Source: Bacteroidales bacterium UBA4772
GTDB taxonomy: Bacteria; Bacteroidota; Bacteroidia; Bacteroidales; VadinHA17
Length of the DNA: 64,000 nucleotides
NCBI GenBank assembly: GCA_002403305.1
Contig: DHHM01000017.1
Span: 29,298 to 93,297 of the forward strand
Direction: 5' to 3'
The position numbers and the translations under genes are program-made. Position 1 is the stretch's first letter; the number at the start of each line of letters is the position of its first letter. The notes beneath the pieces were generated by a model, which saw only the letters and a list, made by a program, of their open reading frames with translations, was not told where the DNA came from and made no database searches. Below are positions 28,762 through 37,811 of this stretch, one piece after another.

Positions 28762-29193
28762 CTATTTTTTCAGAAGATCACGTATCTCCTTGAGAAGCTC
28801 AATATCCTCAGGGGGTGGCGGTGGTGCTGCCGGAGCTGCTTCCTCTTTCTTCTTGAGATTGTTCATGGCCTTGATCACAAAGAAGATACAGAGTGCAACA
28901 ATCACAAAGTCGAGAACGGTCTGTATGAAGACACCGTAATTGATAGCCACTTCCGATACAGCAGGCTGAACCACTGCTTCTCCTTCAGTTATGGCCTCCT
29001 GTCCCTTCTGGAGAATCGCCCTGAGATTGCTGAAGTCGACCTTCCCCAGGAGAAGACCCAGAGGCGGCATAAGCACGTCATTTACCAGTGAGGTGATGAT
29101 CTTGCCAAAGGCGCCGCCGATGATTATACCAACGGCCATGTCAAGCATGTTACCCTTAACGGCAAATTCCCTGAATTCTTTCACAATTCCCAT
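28762..29193 (-). CDS. mscL: large-conductance mechanosensitive channel
   Basis: [46 protein letters not shown] aligns closely with the N-terminus of E. coli MscL. Confidence 0.92.
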   Translation of the reverse strand: MGIVKEFREFAVKGNMLDMAVGIIIGGAFGKIITSLVNDVLMPPLGLLLGKVDFSNLRAILQKGQEAITEGEAVVQPAVSEVAINYGVFIQTVLDFVIVALCIFFVIKAMNNLKKKEEAAPAAPPPPPEDIELLKEIRDLLKK

Positions 29194-29394
29194 AATCAAG
29201 TTTTTTAATGGTTTTTTAGATCAGGTTAACACTGATTCAAATATACAAAAGGCATTGAATATCCGACAGTCAGGCCAGCTAAATTATGAGCCGGGAAATT
29301 AGTAAATCACGATTTTTTATACTATCTTACAGGTTCATTGCATTGTGGCAGGCTATTCCAAAATATTAATTATTAACCAATAAAACAGAAGATC

Positions 29395-29595
29395 ATGGCA
29401 GTACTGAAAGTAATCGAGATTCTTGCCTCTTCCCCTGTAAGCTGGGAAGAAGCAACAGCTTCCGCAGTTAACGTGGCAGCCAAAACCGTAAAGGAAATAC
29501 GCTCCGTATACGTTAAGGAGCAGAGTGCGGTGGTAGTGAAAAACAAAATTACCGAATACCGGGTAAACGTGAAAATAACCTTTGAAGTAGTGTAA
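29395..29595 (+). CDS. dodecin-family flavin-binding protein
   Basis: 66 aa. The pattern KVIEILASSPVSWEEATASAV...EYRVNVKITFEV is typical of dodecin. Confidence 0.75.
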   Translation: MAVLKVIEILASSPVSWEEATASAVNVAAKTVKEIRSVYVKEQSAVVVKNKITEYRVNVKITFEVV

Positions 29596-29605
29596 TCAAA
29601 CAATT

Positions 29606-30067
29606 ATGGGACTGATTTCATTCATCAAAAACGCCGGCACGAAAATCTTCAAGTCGGAAGAAAAACGGGAAGAGGAAAAAGCGGAGCTGATCGCTGAACA
29701 TATCAAAAAGTTCGGGTTTGACGTCAGCAAGGTAAAGGTTGCCGTTGACGACGAAAAGGTGATTCTGACGGGGCAGGTTGACACCCGGGCCAACAAGAAC
29801 AAAATCATCGTCACCGCAGGCAACGTTGACGGCATCTCTGCCGTTGAGGACCATCTGCTGGTAATGACCCCGGAGCCGGTTGCGCCTCCTGAGCCCGAAA
29901 AACAGTTCTACACTGTCAAGAAGGGTGATTACCTCTCAAAGATCGCCAAGCAGGTTTATGGCGATGCCCGTAAATACCCGGTCATCTTTGAAGCCAACAA
30001 GCCTATGCTCAAAGATCCCGATCTCATCTATCCGGGACAGGTGCTCGTTATTCCACCCCTGCAGTAA
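29606..30067 (+). CDS. ygaU: BON + LysM protein (YgaU/Kbp-like)
   Basis: MGLISFIKNAGTKIF ... FYTVKKGDYLSKIAKQVYGDARKYPVIFEANKPMLKDPDLIYPGQVLVIP is collinear with E. coli YgaU. Confidence 0.85.
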   Translation: MGLISFIKNAGTKIFKSEEKREEEKAELIAEHIKKFGFDVSKVKVAVDDEKVILTGQVDTRANKNKIIVTAGNVDGISAVEDHLLVMTPEPVAPPEPEKQFYTVKKGDYLSKIAKQVYGDARKYPVIFEANKPMLKDPDLIYPGQVLVIPPLQ

Positions 30068-30083
30068 AGACACCACTAAACTT

Positions 30084-30827
30084 CTAAACCAGGCGGAAAG
30101 CCTCAGTAATGCCCGCCAGCTCCCTGATGACCACCGAGGCGCAGGCAATGCCGAAGGCGGCGGGCATATAGGACATTGTTCCCACGCTGGAGGCTTTGTT
30201 GCTCTCTTCAGAGCCGCGGACAATAAGCTCCTTGTCAACCGCCTCCGGACTGTATACGGCGAGGAAACCCTCATGTACCCCCAGCTTGTGAAGCTTTTTG
30301 CGAAGCATGCGTGCCAGGTTACAGAAATTTGTCTCCGAGATATCAGCCACCCTGATGGCTGTGGGGTCGTACTTCCCCCCTGCGCCCATGGAACTGACCA
30401 ACCGCATATTAAGCCGCAGCGAGTGATATACCAGGAAGACCTTCGGCGACAGGGTGTCGATGGCATCCACCACAAAATCATATCTCTCCTCTTCAAGAAT
30501 GTCAATCATCCTCTGGTCACGGATGAACTCAGGGATTATTCTCAGGCGGAGCTCAGGATTGATATCGGTCAGCCTCTCTCCCATCACCTCCGCCTTTTTC
30601 CGTCCTGTGGTTGATGTCAGCGCCGGCAGTTGCCTGTTCCTGTTTGCAGCAGTGATTATATCGCCGTCGATGATGGTCATGGCCCCCACCCCGGCCCTGC
30701 ATATCATCTCCGCAGCCCAGGAGCCTACCCCTCCCAATCCGGCCACAAGTACATGTGACCGCTTCATCTTCTCCAGCGCCTCAGGGCCCAGGAGCATCTC
30801 CGTGCGTGAAAGCCATCCCTCCGTCAC
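30084..30827 (-). CDS. tcdA: tRNA threonylcarbamoyladenosine dehydratase (ThiF family)
   Basis: VLVAGLGGVGSWAAEMICRAGVG Rossmann motif. GTG start forming a GTGA overlap with the tatD stop. Confidence 0.8.
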   Translation of the reverse strand: MTEGWLSRTEMLLGPEALEKMKRSHVLVAGLGGVGSWAAEMICRAGVGAMTIIDGDIITAANRNRQLPALTSTTGRKKAEVMGERLTDINPELRLRIIPEFIRDQRMIDILEEERYDFVVDAIDTLSPKVFLVYHSLRLNMRLVSSMGAGGKYDPTAIRVADISETNFCNLARMLRKKLHKLGVHEGFLAVYSPEAVDKELIVRGSEESNKASSVGTMSYMPAAFGIACASVVIRELAGITEAFRLV

Positions 30828-31495
30828 AGGCTGTAGTTTAAAAGTGTATTGAAATTTCTGCGCATCAGCCTTTCTGCCGCTTCTGCATCATAGCCTGCCT
30901 TTGACGCGAAGAGACGGTATACCTCTGCAATCTGCTCTCCGGAGTCGTCGGTCTCAAGCAGTATCCTCTCAGGACTCAAAGCCTCCAGCACGGCAGGTTT
31001 CAATCCACCGGTTCCCAGCGAGAACCAGAACCCCTCGTCGGCCAGCGATGCAGCCAGTATGCCGTTGCCACTGAAGCCGTGAATGACCCAGGGCCGGGCC
31101 GGCTTCATCTCCTTCCGTGCCCTTCTCAGCTCATCCCACCCCTTCACGCAGTGAATCACCATGGGTTTATCCATTTCCATGGCCAGCTCCGCCTGTAAGA
31201 TGAACGCCCTGTACTGAACCTCCTGTGGCCCACCTTTGAGGCGGTCAAAACCCGCCTCTCCTATCACTGCCACATGCGGATGTGCCACGGTAAGCAGAAG
31301 CTCTGTCTTCAGATGCGCCAAGTTGTCATCCGTAAGCTGCCACGGATGTATGCCGGCGGAAAAGAGGGTGTTGGGAGGGAAGTCACGAGGCACCTCGTCA
31401 CCGGCCATCAGGTTCATGACAGTGATGGTATCACCACTTCCGGTGGCATTGTGAGTGTGAAAGTCGATGAATTTTATGCCCCTGCCGGGATTCAT
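30824..31495 (-). CDS. TatD-family metal-dependent hydrolase
   Basis: FIDFHTHN, IGEAGFD and VIHCV motifs. ATGA overlap with the gltX stop. Confidence 0.8.
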   Translation of the reverse strand: MNPGRGIKFIDFHTHNATGSGDTITVMNLMAGDEVPRDFPPNTLFSAGIHPWQLTDDNLAHLKTELLLTVAHPHVAVIGEAGFDRLKGGPQEVQYRAFILQAELAMEMDKPMVIHCVKGWDELRRARKEMKPARPWVIHGFSGNGILAASLADEGFWFSLGTGGLKPAVLEALSPERILLETDDSGEQIAEVYRLFASKAGYDAEAAERLMRRNFNTLLNYSL

Positions 31496-33015
31496 GACAG
31501 TGCCGGTGCCAGTCTGCGGATACCGTTGTCAAGACGGCGAAGGGTCTCATCCCTGCCTGTCAGCCCGACGATATCAAACAGGTGCGGACCCCTTGACGCC
31601 CCCACCATGAGGAGCCTGAACAGGTTGAGAATGGTCCCGGTATTATAGGGACTTCCGGCAATCCACTCTTTGACTCTCTTTTCAAGAGTCTCCGAGGTAA
31701 ATGGCTCCACAACTGAAACAACTTCACGGAGCTCTCTCATCTGCAGGGGCGAATCGGCATTCCATCTCTTCCTTACAACATCCGGGTCATAGCTATCCGG
31801 AGCGACGAAGAAGAAGTCAGCCTCGTTCCACAGCTCCTTCACAAATCCCACACGCTCCTTTACCAGTGAGACAATCCTCACGAGGGTGTCATGACCGGGA
31901 CTGAATCCCTTTTCCTCTACTATTGGCATGAAGAGCTCCGCCAGCTCCTCATTGCTCTTCATCTGAAAATATCGGCTATTAAACCACTTCGCCTTCTCGG
32001 GATCAAACCTCGAACCTGACTTGCCCACCCGCTCTATGGAGAAACCGGCGATCAGCTCCTCCATTGAGAATATCTCCTGTTCGGTCCCGGGGTTCCAGCC
32101 CAGCAGGGCGAGCATATTCACGAATGCTTCCGGGAAATAGCCCTCCTCACGGTATCCCGCGGCCGTCTCACCGTAAGGCCAAAAGAGGGGAAAAACCGGG
32201 AAACCCATCTTATCGCCATCGCGTTTACTAAGCTTACCCTTGCCCGTGGGCTTGAGCAGCAGCGGCAGGTGCGCGAAGAGCGGAGCCTCCCATCCGAAGC
32301 TTCGGTAGAGCATGACATGCAGCGGCAGCGACGGCAGCCACTCCTCACCCCTGATTACGTGCGAGATCTCCATAAGATGATCGTCAACGATGTTGGCCAG
32401 GTGGTAGGTGGGCATACCGTCCGACTTGAACAGCACCTTGTCATCAAGGGTGGAGCTGTTGACAACGATATCGCCCCTGATAAGGTCGGAAAAATGAATA
32501 TCCTCGTTCTCAGGCATGCGGTACCTTATAACATAATGCTCTCCGGCAGCCATCCTGATCTTCACTTCCTCATCACTGAGGGTTAGTGTGTTGCACATCT
32601 GCATGCGGGTGGCACCGCCGTAGTTGAAGGTCTCCCCGCGGGACTCATACTCCTTTCTGATCCTCTCAAGCTCCTCCGGCTGGTCGAAGGCATAATAGGC
32701 GTCACCCGATGCAAGAAGCTGCAGGGCAAACTGCTGATAGATGCCTTTCCTCTGGCTCTGCCGGTAGGGGGCAAAGGCACCTCCTTCCCTTACCCCTTCA
32801 TCCGGTTTGATGCCGGCCCACTCCAGAGCATCCATGATATACTCTTCGGCACCCTCCACATAGCGTGTCTGATCTGTATCCTCGATGCGCAGTATGAATT
32901 CCCCGCCGTGATGTTTGGCAAAGAGATAGTTATAAAGAGCCGTTCGCACACCGCCTATATGCAGCGGACCTGTGGGACTGGGAGCAAAGCGCACGCGTAT
33001 TTTCCTGTCTGTCAT
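31492..33015 (-). CDS. gltX: glutamyl-tRNA synthetase
   Basis: RVRFAPSPTGPLHIGGVRTALYNY (HIGH) and KLSKR (KMSKS). Start placed at MTDRKIRVRF. Confidence 0.93.
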   Translation of the reverse strand: MTDRKIRVRFAPSPTGPLHIGGVRTALYNYLFAKHHGGEFILRIEDTDQTRYVEGAEEYIMDALEWAGIKPDEGVREGGAFAPYRQSQRKGIYQQFALQLLASGDAYYAFDQPEELERIRKEYESRGETFNYGGATRMQMCNTLTLSDEEVKIRMAAGEHYVIRYRMPENEDIHFSDLIRGDIVVNSSTLDDKVLFKSDGMPTYHLANIVDDHLMEISHVIRGEEWLPSLPLHVMLYRSFGWEAPLFAHLPLLLKPTGKGKLSKRDGDKMGFPVFPLFWPYGETAAGYREEGYFPEAFVNMLALLGWNPGTEQEIFSMEELIAGFSIERVGKSGSRFDPEKAKWFNSRYFQMKSNEELAELFMPIVEEKGFSPGHDTLVRIVSLVKERVGFVKELWNEADFFFVAPDSYDPDVVRKRWNADSPLQMRELREVVSVVEPFTSETLEKRVKEWIAGSPYNTGTILNLFRLLMVGASRGPHLFDIVGLTGRDETLRRLDNGIRRLAPALS

Positions 33016-33202
33016 AATTGATAAATTATTCATCCCGGGCAGATGGCGCCCGCACTATGCCAGGACTATCTGCCTATATGTGACAAAGATATAACAAATG
33101 GTGCAGGCACGGGTAAAGTATAAATCCCAACGCTGCAAAAATCATTTTATATGATTTGTATTTATCGTACATTTACGAGACAACTGTTTATTGTTCACCA
33201 TT

Positions 33203-34237
33203 ATGAAAAAGATGAAGGCTCTCGTTAAGGCTCAGGCTACCAAAGGATTATGGATGCAGGAAGTGCCTGTGCCGGAGCCCGGATACAATGATGTAATCAT
33301 AAAAGTCAAAAAGTCGGCCATATGCGGTACGGACCTGCATATCTATGAGTGGAATGAGTGGGCTCAGAAGACCATCGGGGTCCCCATGACCATAGGCCAT
33401 GAGTATATGGGTTATATCGACAAAGCCGGCCCCGGCGTGACGAATGTAAAGGTGGGCGACAGGGTCACCGGTGAAGGTCATCTCTTCTGCGGCACCTGCC
33501 GTAACTGCCGCCGGGGCAGAGAGCATGTATGCGAAAACACGGTTGGGATAGGAGTACATATCGACGGATCGTTTGCAGAGTATGTAAAAGTGCCGGCACG
33601 TAACGTGGTTCTGCTTGATCACCGCATCCCCGATGACTGGGCAGCCATTATGGACCCGTTTGGCAATGCCACCCATACTGCGCTGGCATTCCCCCTTCTG
33701 GGTGAGGATGTGCTGATCACCGGATCAGGACTGATAGGCAGCATGGCTGTTGCCATCGCCAGGTTCGCCGGCGCCCGTAATGTGGTAGCCACTGACCTGA
33801 GCGATTACCGCCTTGAACTGGCAAAAAAAATGGGCGCAACAAGGGTCCTCAATCCCGGAAGGGGAGAAAAAATACACGATGTCCTTGAACCCCTCCACAT
33901 GAAGGGATTCGATGTCGGGCTTGAGATGTCAGGCTCACCTGCCGCCTTCCGCGAAATGATTGAAAACATGTATAATGGATCCAACATTGCCTTACTGGGA
34001 ATCCTCCCCTCTGACTTCGAGGTCCCATGGAGCGATATCATCTTCAAGGCGCTGACCCTTAAGGGAATATATGGACGTGAGCTCTGGGAGACCTGGTATA
34101 AGATGCAGATGATGATCATCGGCGGAATCAATCTTGACCCTATCATTACACACCGTTTCCATATTGACGATTTCCAGAAGGGATTTGACATCATGGAAGA
34201 GGGCAACTGCGGTAAGGTGATCTTAAACTGGGAGTGA
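33203..34237 (+). CDS. tdh: L-threonine 3-dehydrogenase
   Basis: Zn-ADH pattern [15 protein letters not shown] and [16 protein letters not shown]. Its length and end resemble Tdh. The track start at 33191 is a TTG, and the ATG is at 33203. Confidence 0.9.
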   Translation: MKKMKALVKAQATKGLWMQEVPVPEPGYNDVIIKVKKSAICGTDLHIYEWNEWAQKTIGVPMTIGHEYMGYIDKAGPGVTNVKVGDRVTGEGHLFCGTCRNCRRGREHVCENTVGIGVHIDGSFAEYVKVPARNVVLLDHRIPDDWAAIMDPFGNATHTALAFPLLGEDVLITGSGLIGSMAVAIARFAGARNVVATDLSDYRLELAKKMGATRVLNPGRGEKIHDVLEPLHMKGFDVGLEMSGSPAAFREMIENMYNGSNIALLGILPSDFEVPWSDIIFKALTLKGIYGRELWETWYKMQMMIIGGINLDPIITHRFHIDDFQKGFDIMEEGNCGKVILNWE

Positions 34238-34317
34238 GCAAAATTCTCTCTCCACAATTGCTGTTTTATAAAATAGTCCTATCTTGATGTCATTGTGTAT
34301 AAATATACCTGACATCT

Positions 34318-36024
34318 ATGTTGTCTGAACATCCGTCGTATGAAGAACTGACCAGGGACTTCAGCTGGTCCATTGCCGAAAAAGAGCTTGAATACACTCC
34401 CGGAGACATTATAAACATAGGTTGGCATTGCTCCGACAGGATATGCCATAAGGGCAAGGCAGACAAGATTGCCCTTTACTATGAGGGGTTCGGTGGCACC
34501 CGGAAGCAGTATACCTTCAATGATATCAGGCTGGCGGGAAATACTATCGGTGCTTTCCTCCTCAGCCAGGGAATCGCTGAAAGTGACCGGGTCTGTCTTT
34601 TTATGGACAGGATTCCCGAATTGTACCTCTCATTCCTGGGGATACTGAAGATCGGCGCCATCGTTCAGCCTCTTTTTTCCGCTTTCGGGGATGAATCTCT
34701 CTTTGTGCGCCTCGACAATGCAGAGACAAGGGCTGTCATAACGCAGAAGAAGCACCTGTCCAAGGTGAGGAAGATCCGCTCATCACTGCCCAAACTGGAA
34801 TTTGTTATCATAGTTGACAACGTAAAGCCCTCCGAGCTCGAACCCGGAGAGATCCTCTTCAGCCTTGAAAACGCTGAGCCTGTCGAGAAATTTGAGATAG
34901 CACCAACCCGGGCAGAAACCCATTCGCTGCTTCATTACACCTCCGGCACAACCGGTCAGCCCAAGGGGGTAAAGCACGTCCATTATTCCATCATGTCACA
35001 GTACCTCACCACAAAATGGGTTCTTGACCTGCGTGATGATGACATCTACTGGTGCACTGCTGACCCGGGTTGGGTGACCGGCACCTCGTACGGAATAATC
35101 GGACCGTGGAGCCTGGGTGTGACGCAGTGTGTCCTGGATACCGGATTTTCCGCCCAGGCATGGTACCGGTTTATTGAGAATTATAAAATAACGGTATGGT
35201 ACTCGGCTCCCACCGCCATCAGGTCACTGATGAAAGCCGGAGACGAGCTGGTGAAGGAGTTTGATCTCTCCTCCCTGCGTCACCTGGCAAGCGTCGGCGA
35301 ACCCCTCAATTCAGAAGCCGTTATATGGTCAGGAAGGGTGTTCGGAAAACAATTTCACGATACATTCTGGCAGACGGAGACAGGGTCTATAATGATCACC
35401 AACTTCCCCGGGATGAAGATTAAACCCGGCTCCATGGGAAAGACCTTCCCGGGAATAACGGGAGCAGTACTTGATCCGGTCACTTTCACACCTATCGGGG
35501 AGCCCGGCAAAGCCGGTCTTATAGCCTTCCGGCCCGGATGGCCCGCCATGATGAGAACATACTGGAGGAATGAGGAGAAATACAGGGAAAAATTCGTCAA
35601 CGGATGGTATCTCTCCGGCGACAGGTCGAGCATCGACAATGAAGGCTACTACTGGTTCATGGGACGTGATGACGACGTAATTAATACCGGCGGGCACCTG
35701 GTGAGCCCGTTCGAGGTCGAATCAGCGCTGCTCGAACATCCTGCCGTCGGTGAATCAGGGGTGACCTCCAAACCTGACGAGATAAACATGGAGGTGGTTA
35801 AAGCATTCATCACCCTCAAACCCGGTTTTACTGCCGGCCCTGACCTTGAACTTGAGATAATGAACTTCATCCGCAAAAAGCTCTCCCCACTGGCAATGCC
35901 ACAGGCTATTGAGTTCATGGATACCCTGCCCAAGACACGCAGCGGAAAGATCATGAGAAGAGTGCTTCATGCCAGGGAATGGGGTGAGGAGATAGGCGAC
36001 ATTTCAACTCTCGAAAATGACTGA
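34318..36024 (+). CDS. Acs-type adenylate-forming acyl ligase (AMP-binding)
   Basis: HYTSGTTGQPKGV, WCTADPGWVTGTSY, YWFMGRDDDVINTGGH and a C-terminal PKTRSGKIMRR. Collinear with short-chain AcsA-type enzymes. Confidence 0.85.
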   Translation: MLSEHPSYEELTRDFSWSIAEKELEYTPGDIINIGWHCSDRICHKGKADKIALYYEGFGGTRKQYTFNDIRLAGNTIGAFLLSQGIAESDRVCLFMDRIPELYLSFLGILKIGAIVQPLFSAFGDESLFVRLDNAETRAVITQKKHLSKVRKIRSSLPKLEFVIIVDNVKPSELEPGEILFSLENAEPVEKFEIAPTRAETHSLLHYTSGTTGQPKGVKHVHYSIMSQYLTTKWVLDLRDDDIYWCTADPGWVTGTSYGIIGPWSLGVTQCVLDTGFSAQAWYRFIENYKITVWYSAPTAIRSLMKAGDELVKEFDLSSLRHLASVGEPLNSEAVIWSGRVFGKQFHDTFWQTETGSIMITNFPGMKIKPGSMGKTFPGITGAVLDPVTFTPIGEPGKAGLIAFRPGWPAMMRTYWRNEEKYREKFVNGWYLSGDRSSIDNEGYYWFMGRDDDVINTGGHLVSPFEVESALLEHPAVGESGVTSKPDEINMEVVKAFITLKPGFTAGPDLELEIMNFIRKKLSPLAMPQAIEFMDTLPKTRSGKIMRRVLHAREWGEEIGDISTLEND

Positions 36025-36034
36025 ATATCACGAG

Positions 36035-36060
36035 CTTGCAGATATAACCCTCAAACGAAA
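36035..36060 (+). repeat. direct repeat R1 CTTGCAGATATAACCCTCAAACGAAA
   Basis: About 22 of 27 positions match R2 at 36116-36142. Confidence 0.6.
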
Positions 36061-36115
36061 TCGGCTTCCCGGAGCTGTGAAAATTAATCGTCATGATAAG
36101 TGAGATTTATGGCAA

Positions 36116-36142
36116 CTTGCAATTATAACCCTTAAAACGAAT
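36116..36142 (+). repeat. direct repeat R2 CTTGCAATTATAACCCTTAAAACGAAT
   Basis: Second copy, ending 5 nt before the carrier-protein ATG. Confidence 0.6.
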
Positions 36143-36147
36143 ATGTT

Positions 36148-36411
36148 ATGGAAGAGAATAATCTTAATGAGATGAAGGAGCTGATCCGGAACTATGTCAT
36201 CAAAGAGTACATCGATGATGATGACACTACGATAACAGATGATACACCTCTTATTTCCAGCGGTTACGTTGATTCGTTCTCGATGGTGTCACTGCTCGTC
36301 TTCCTCGAGAACAAATTCAAGATCAAGATCCCTCCAAGCAAGGCTACCCCTGAGGCATTTGACAGCGTAAACAATATTGTGGCACTGGTAAACCAGTATT
36401 TGAATAAATAA
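36148..36411 (+). CDS. stand-alone acyl/aminoacyl carrier protein
   Basis: 87 aa and acidic. The phosphopantetheine-site pattern SGYVDSFSMVSLLVFLENKF is DltC-like. Confidence 0.75.
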   Translation: MEENNLNEMKELIRNYVIKEYIDDDDTTITDDTPLISSGYVDSFSMVSLLVFLENKFKIKIPPSKATPEAFDSVNNIVALVNQYLNK

Positions 36412-36423
36412 ATCACAGACATC

Positions 36424-37671
36424 ATGAGTTACTCTGAAAAAACAAAGGACCTTTATCTGTCACAGCTGGCAGATATCAAAAACGCCGGGATATTCAAGGA
36501 GGAGCGCTTCATCCACAGTTCCCAGGCCGCCGATATTGAGGTTGAGTTTCCTTCAGGCTCAGACCTTAAGAAGGTCATCAACATGTGCTCAAACAATTAT
36601 CTGGGCCTCTCAAGCCACCCTGAGGTTATTAAGGCTGCTCATGACGGTCTTGAGTCAAGAGGTTACGGCATGTCATCCGTACGTTTTATCTGCGGTACTC
36701 AGGATATACACCGTGAGCTTGAAAAAAGGGTGACTGAATTCCTGGGCACAGAAGACACAATACTGTTCCCATCCTGCATGGATGCCAACGCGGGTGTTTT
36801 TGAGGCTATACTCACCAGTGAGGACATCATGATCTCCGACAGGCTGGTGCATGCCTCAATCATTGACGGCATGAGGCTATGCAGCGCCCAGCACGACACC
36901 TTCAAGCACTCCAGCATGGAGCACCTCGAAGAGAAACTACTGCTCCACTCAAACAAAAGGCTAAAACTGGTGATCACTGACGGGGTCTTCTCAATGGACG
37001 GGGACACGGCAAAGCTTGATGAGATGGTCCGGCTATGCGAAAAATACGATGCCCTGCTGCTGGTGGATGACTCCCACGCCACCGGATTCATAGGTAAAAC
37101 AGGCCGCGGGACACATGAGCTCTGCAATGTCATGGGCAAAATTGACATCATCACCACCACCTTCGGCAAGGCCCTGGGCGGAGCATCAGGAGGTTGTGTC
37201 TCGGGAAGAAGGGAGATAGTGGAGATGTGCAGGCAGAAGGCACGCCCCTACCTCTTCTCAAATACCATCGCTCCCGTAATAGTGTCAGGTGTCCTGAAGG
37301 TGTTCGATATCCTTTCGGCCAGCACTGAAAGACGCGACAAGCTGGAGAAGAATGCGGCATTCTGGAGGAAAGGACTGACAGAGGCAGGCTTTATTCTCAA
37401 GGAGGGTAATACCCCTATCGTTCCTGTTATGCTCTTCAATGCTAAGCTGTCACAGGATTTCTCAAAGGAACTCTTTAACGAGGGTATCTATGCCATAGGT
37501 TTCTTCTTCCCGGTGGTTCCAAACGGCCAGGCCAGGATCAGAACCCAGATATCCGCCGGCCATGAGAGACACCACCTCGGGGCAGCCCTTGAAAAATTCA
37601 TTAAAGTGGGTAAAAAACTGGGCGTACCGGGCCTTACCAAAGAACAGATAATCGAAAAGTTCGGACTGTAA
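36424..37671 (+). CDS. alpha-oxoamine synthase, Kbl paralogue (PLP-dependent C-acyltransferase)
   Basis: Collinear with the adjacent kbl and with E. coli Kbl: NNYLGLS, GMSSVRFICGT, VHASIIDG, TDGVFSMDGD, DDSHATG, and TTFGKALGG carrying the PLP lysine. It has a ~15-aa C-terminal extension. Confidence 0.85.
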   Translation: MSYSEKTKDLYLSQLADIKNAGIFKEERFIHSSQAADIEVEFPSGSDLKKVINMCSNNYLGLSSHPEVIKAAHDGLESRGYGMSSVRFICGTQDIHRELEKRVTEFLGTEDTILFPSCMDANAGVFEAILTSEDIMISDRLVHASIIDGMRLCSAQHDTFKHSSMEHLEEKLLLHSNKRLKLVITDGVFSMDGDTAKLDEMVRLCEKYDALLLVDDSHATGFIGKTGRGTHELCNVMGKIDIITTTFGKALGGASGGCVSGRREIVEMCRQKARPYLFSNTIAPVIVSGVLKVFDILSASTERRDKLEKNAAFWRKGLTEAGFILKEGNTPIVPVMLFNAKLSQDFSKELFNEGIYAIGFFFPVVPNGQARIRTQISAGHERHHLGAALEKFIKVGKKLGVPGLTKEQIIEKFGL

Positions 37672-37811
37672 GAGCCCGGAAATATTGTGGCGGATACCCT
37701 GACGCACGATAATAAATGCGTGCCATTTTAATCTTCTGGAGATGATTATCGTCATTGAATAATCACTGTAAAACGCGATCTTTGCATCCAATTAAGTGAT
37801 TCTTCTCTCAG

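Noticed and set aside
29880-30614. 244-aa plus-strand and 189-aa minus-strand alternative-frame ORFs overlapping tcdA and ygaU
   Set aside because: tcdA (ThiF Rossmann motif) and ygaU explain the region. The alternative frames are Arg/Pro/Ser-rich with no recognisable domain.
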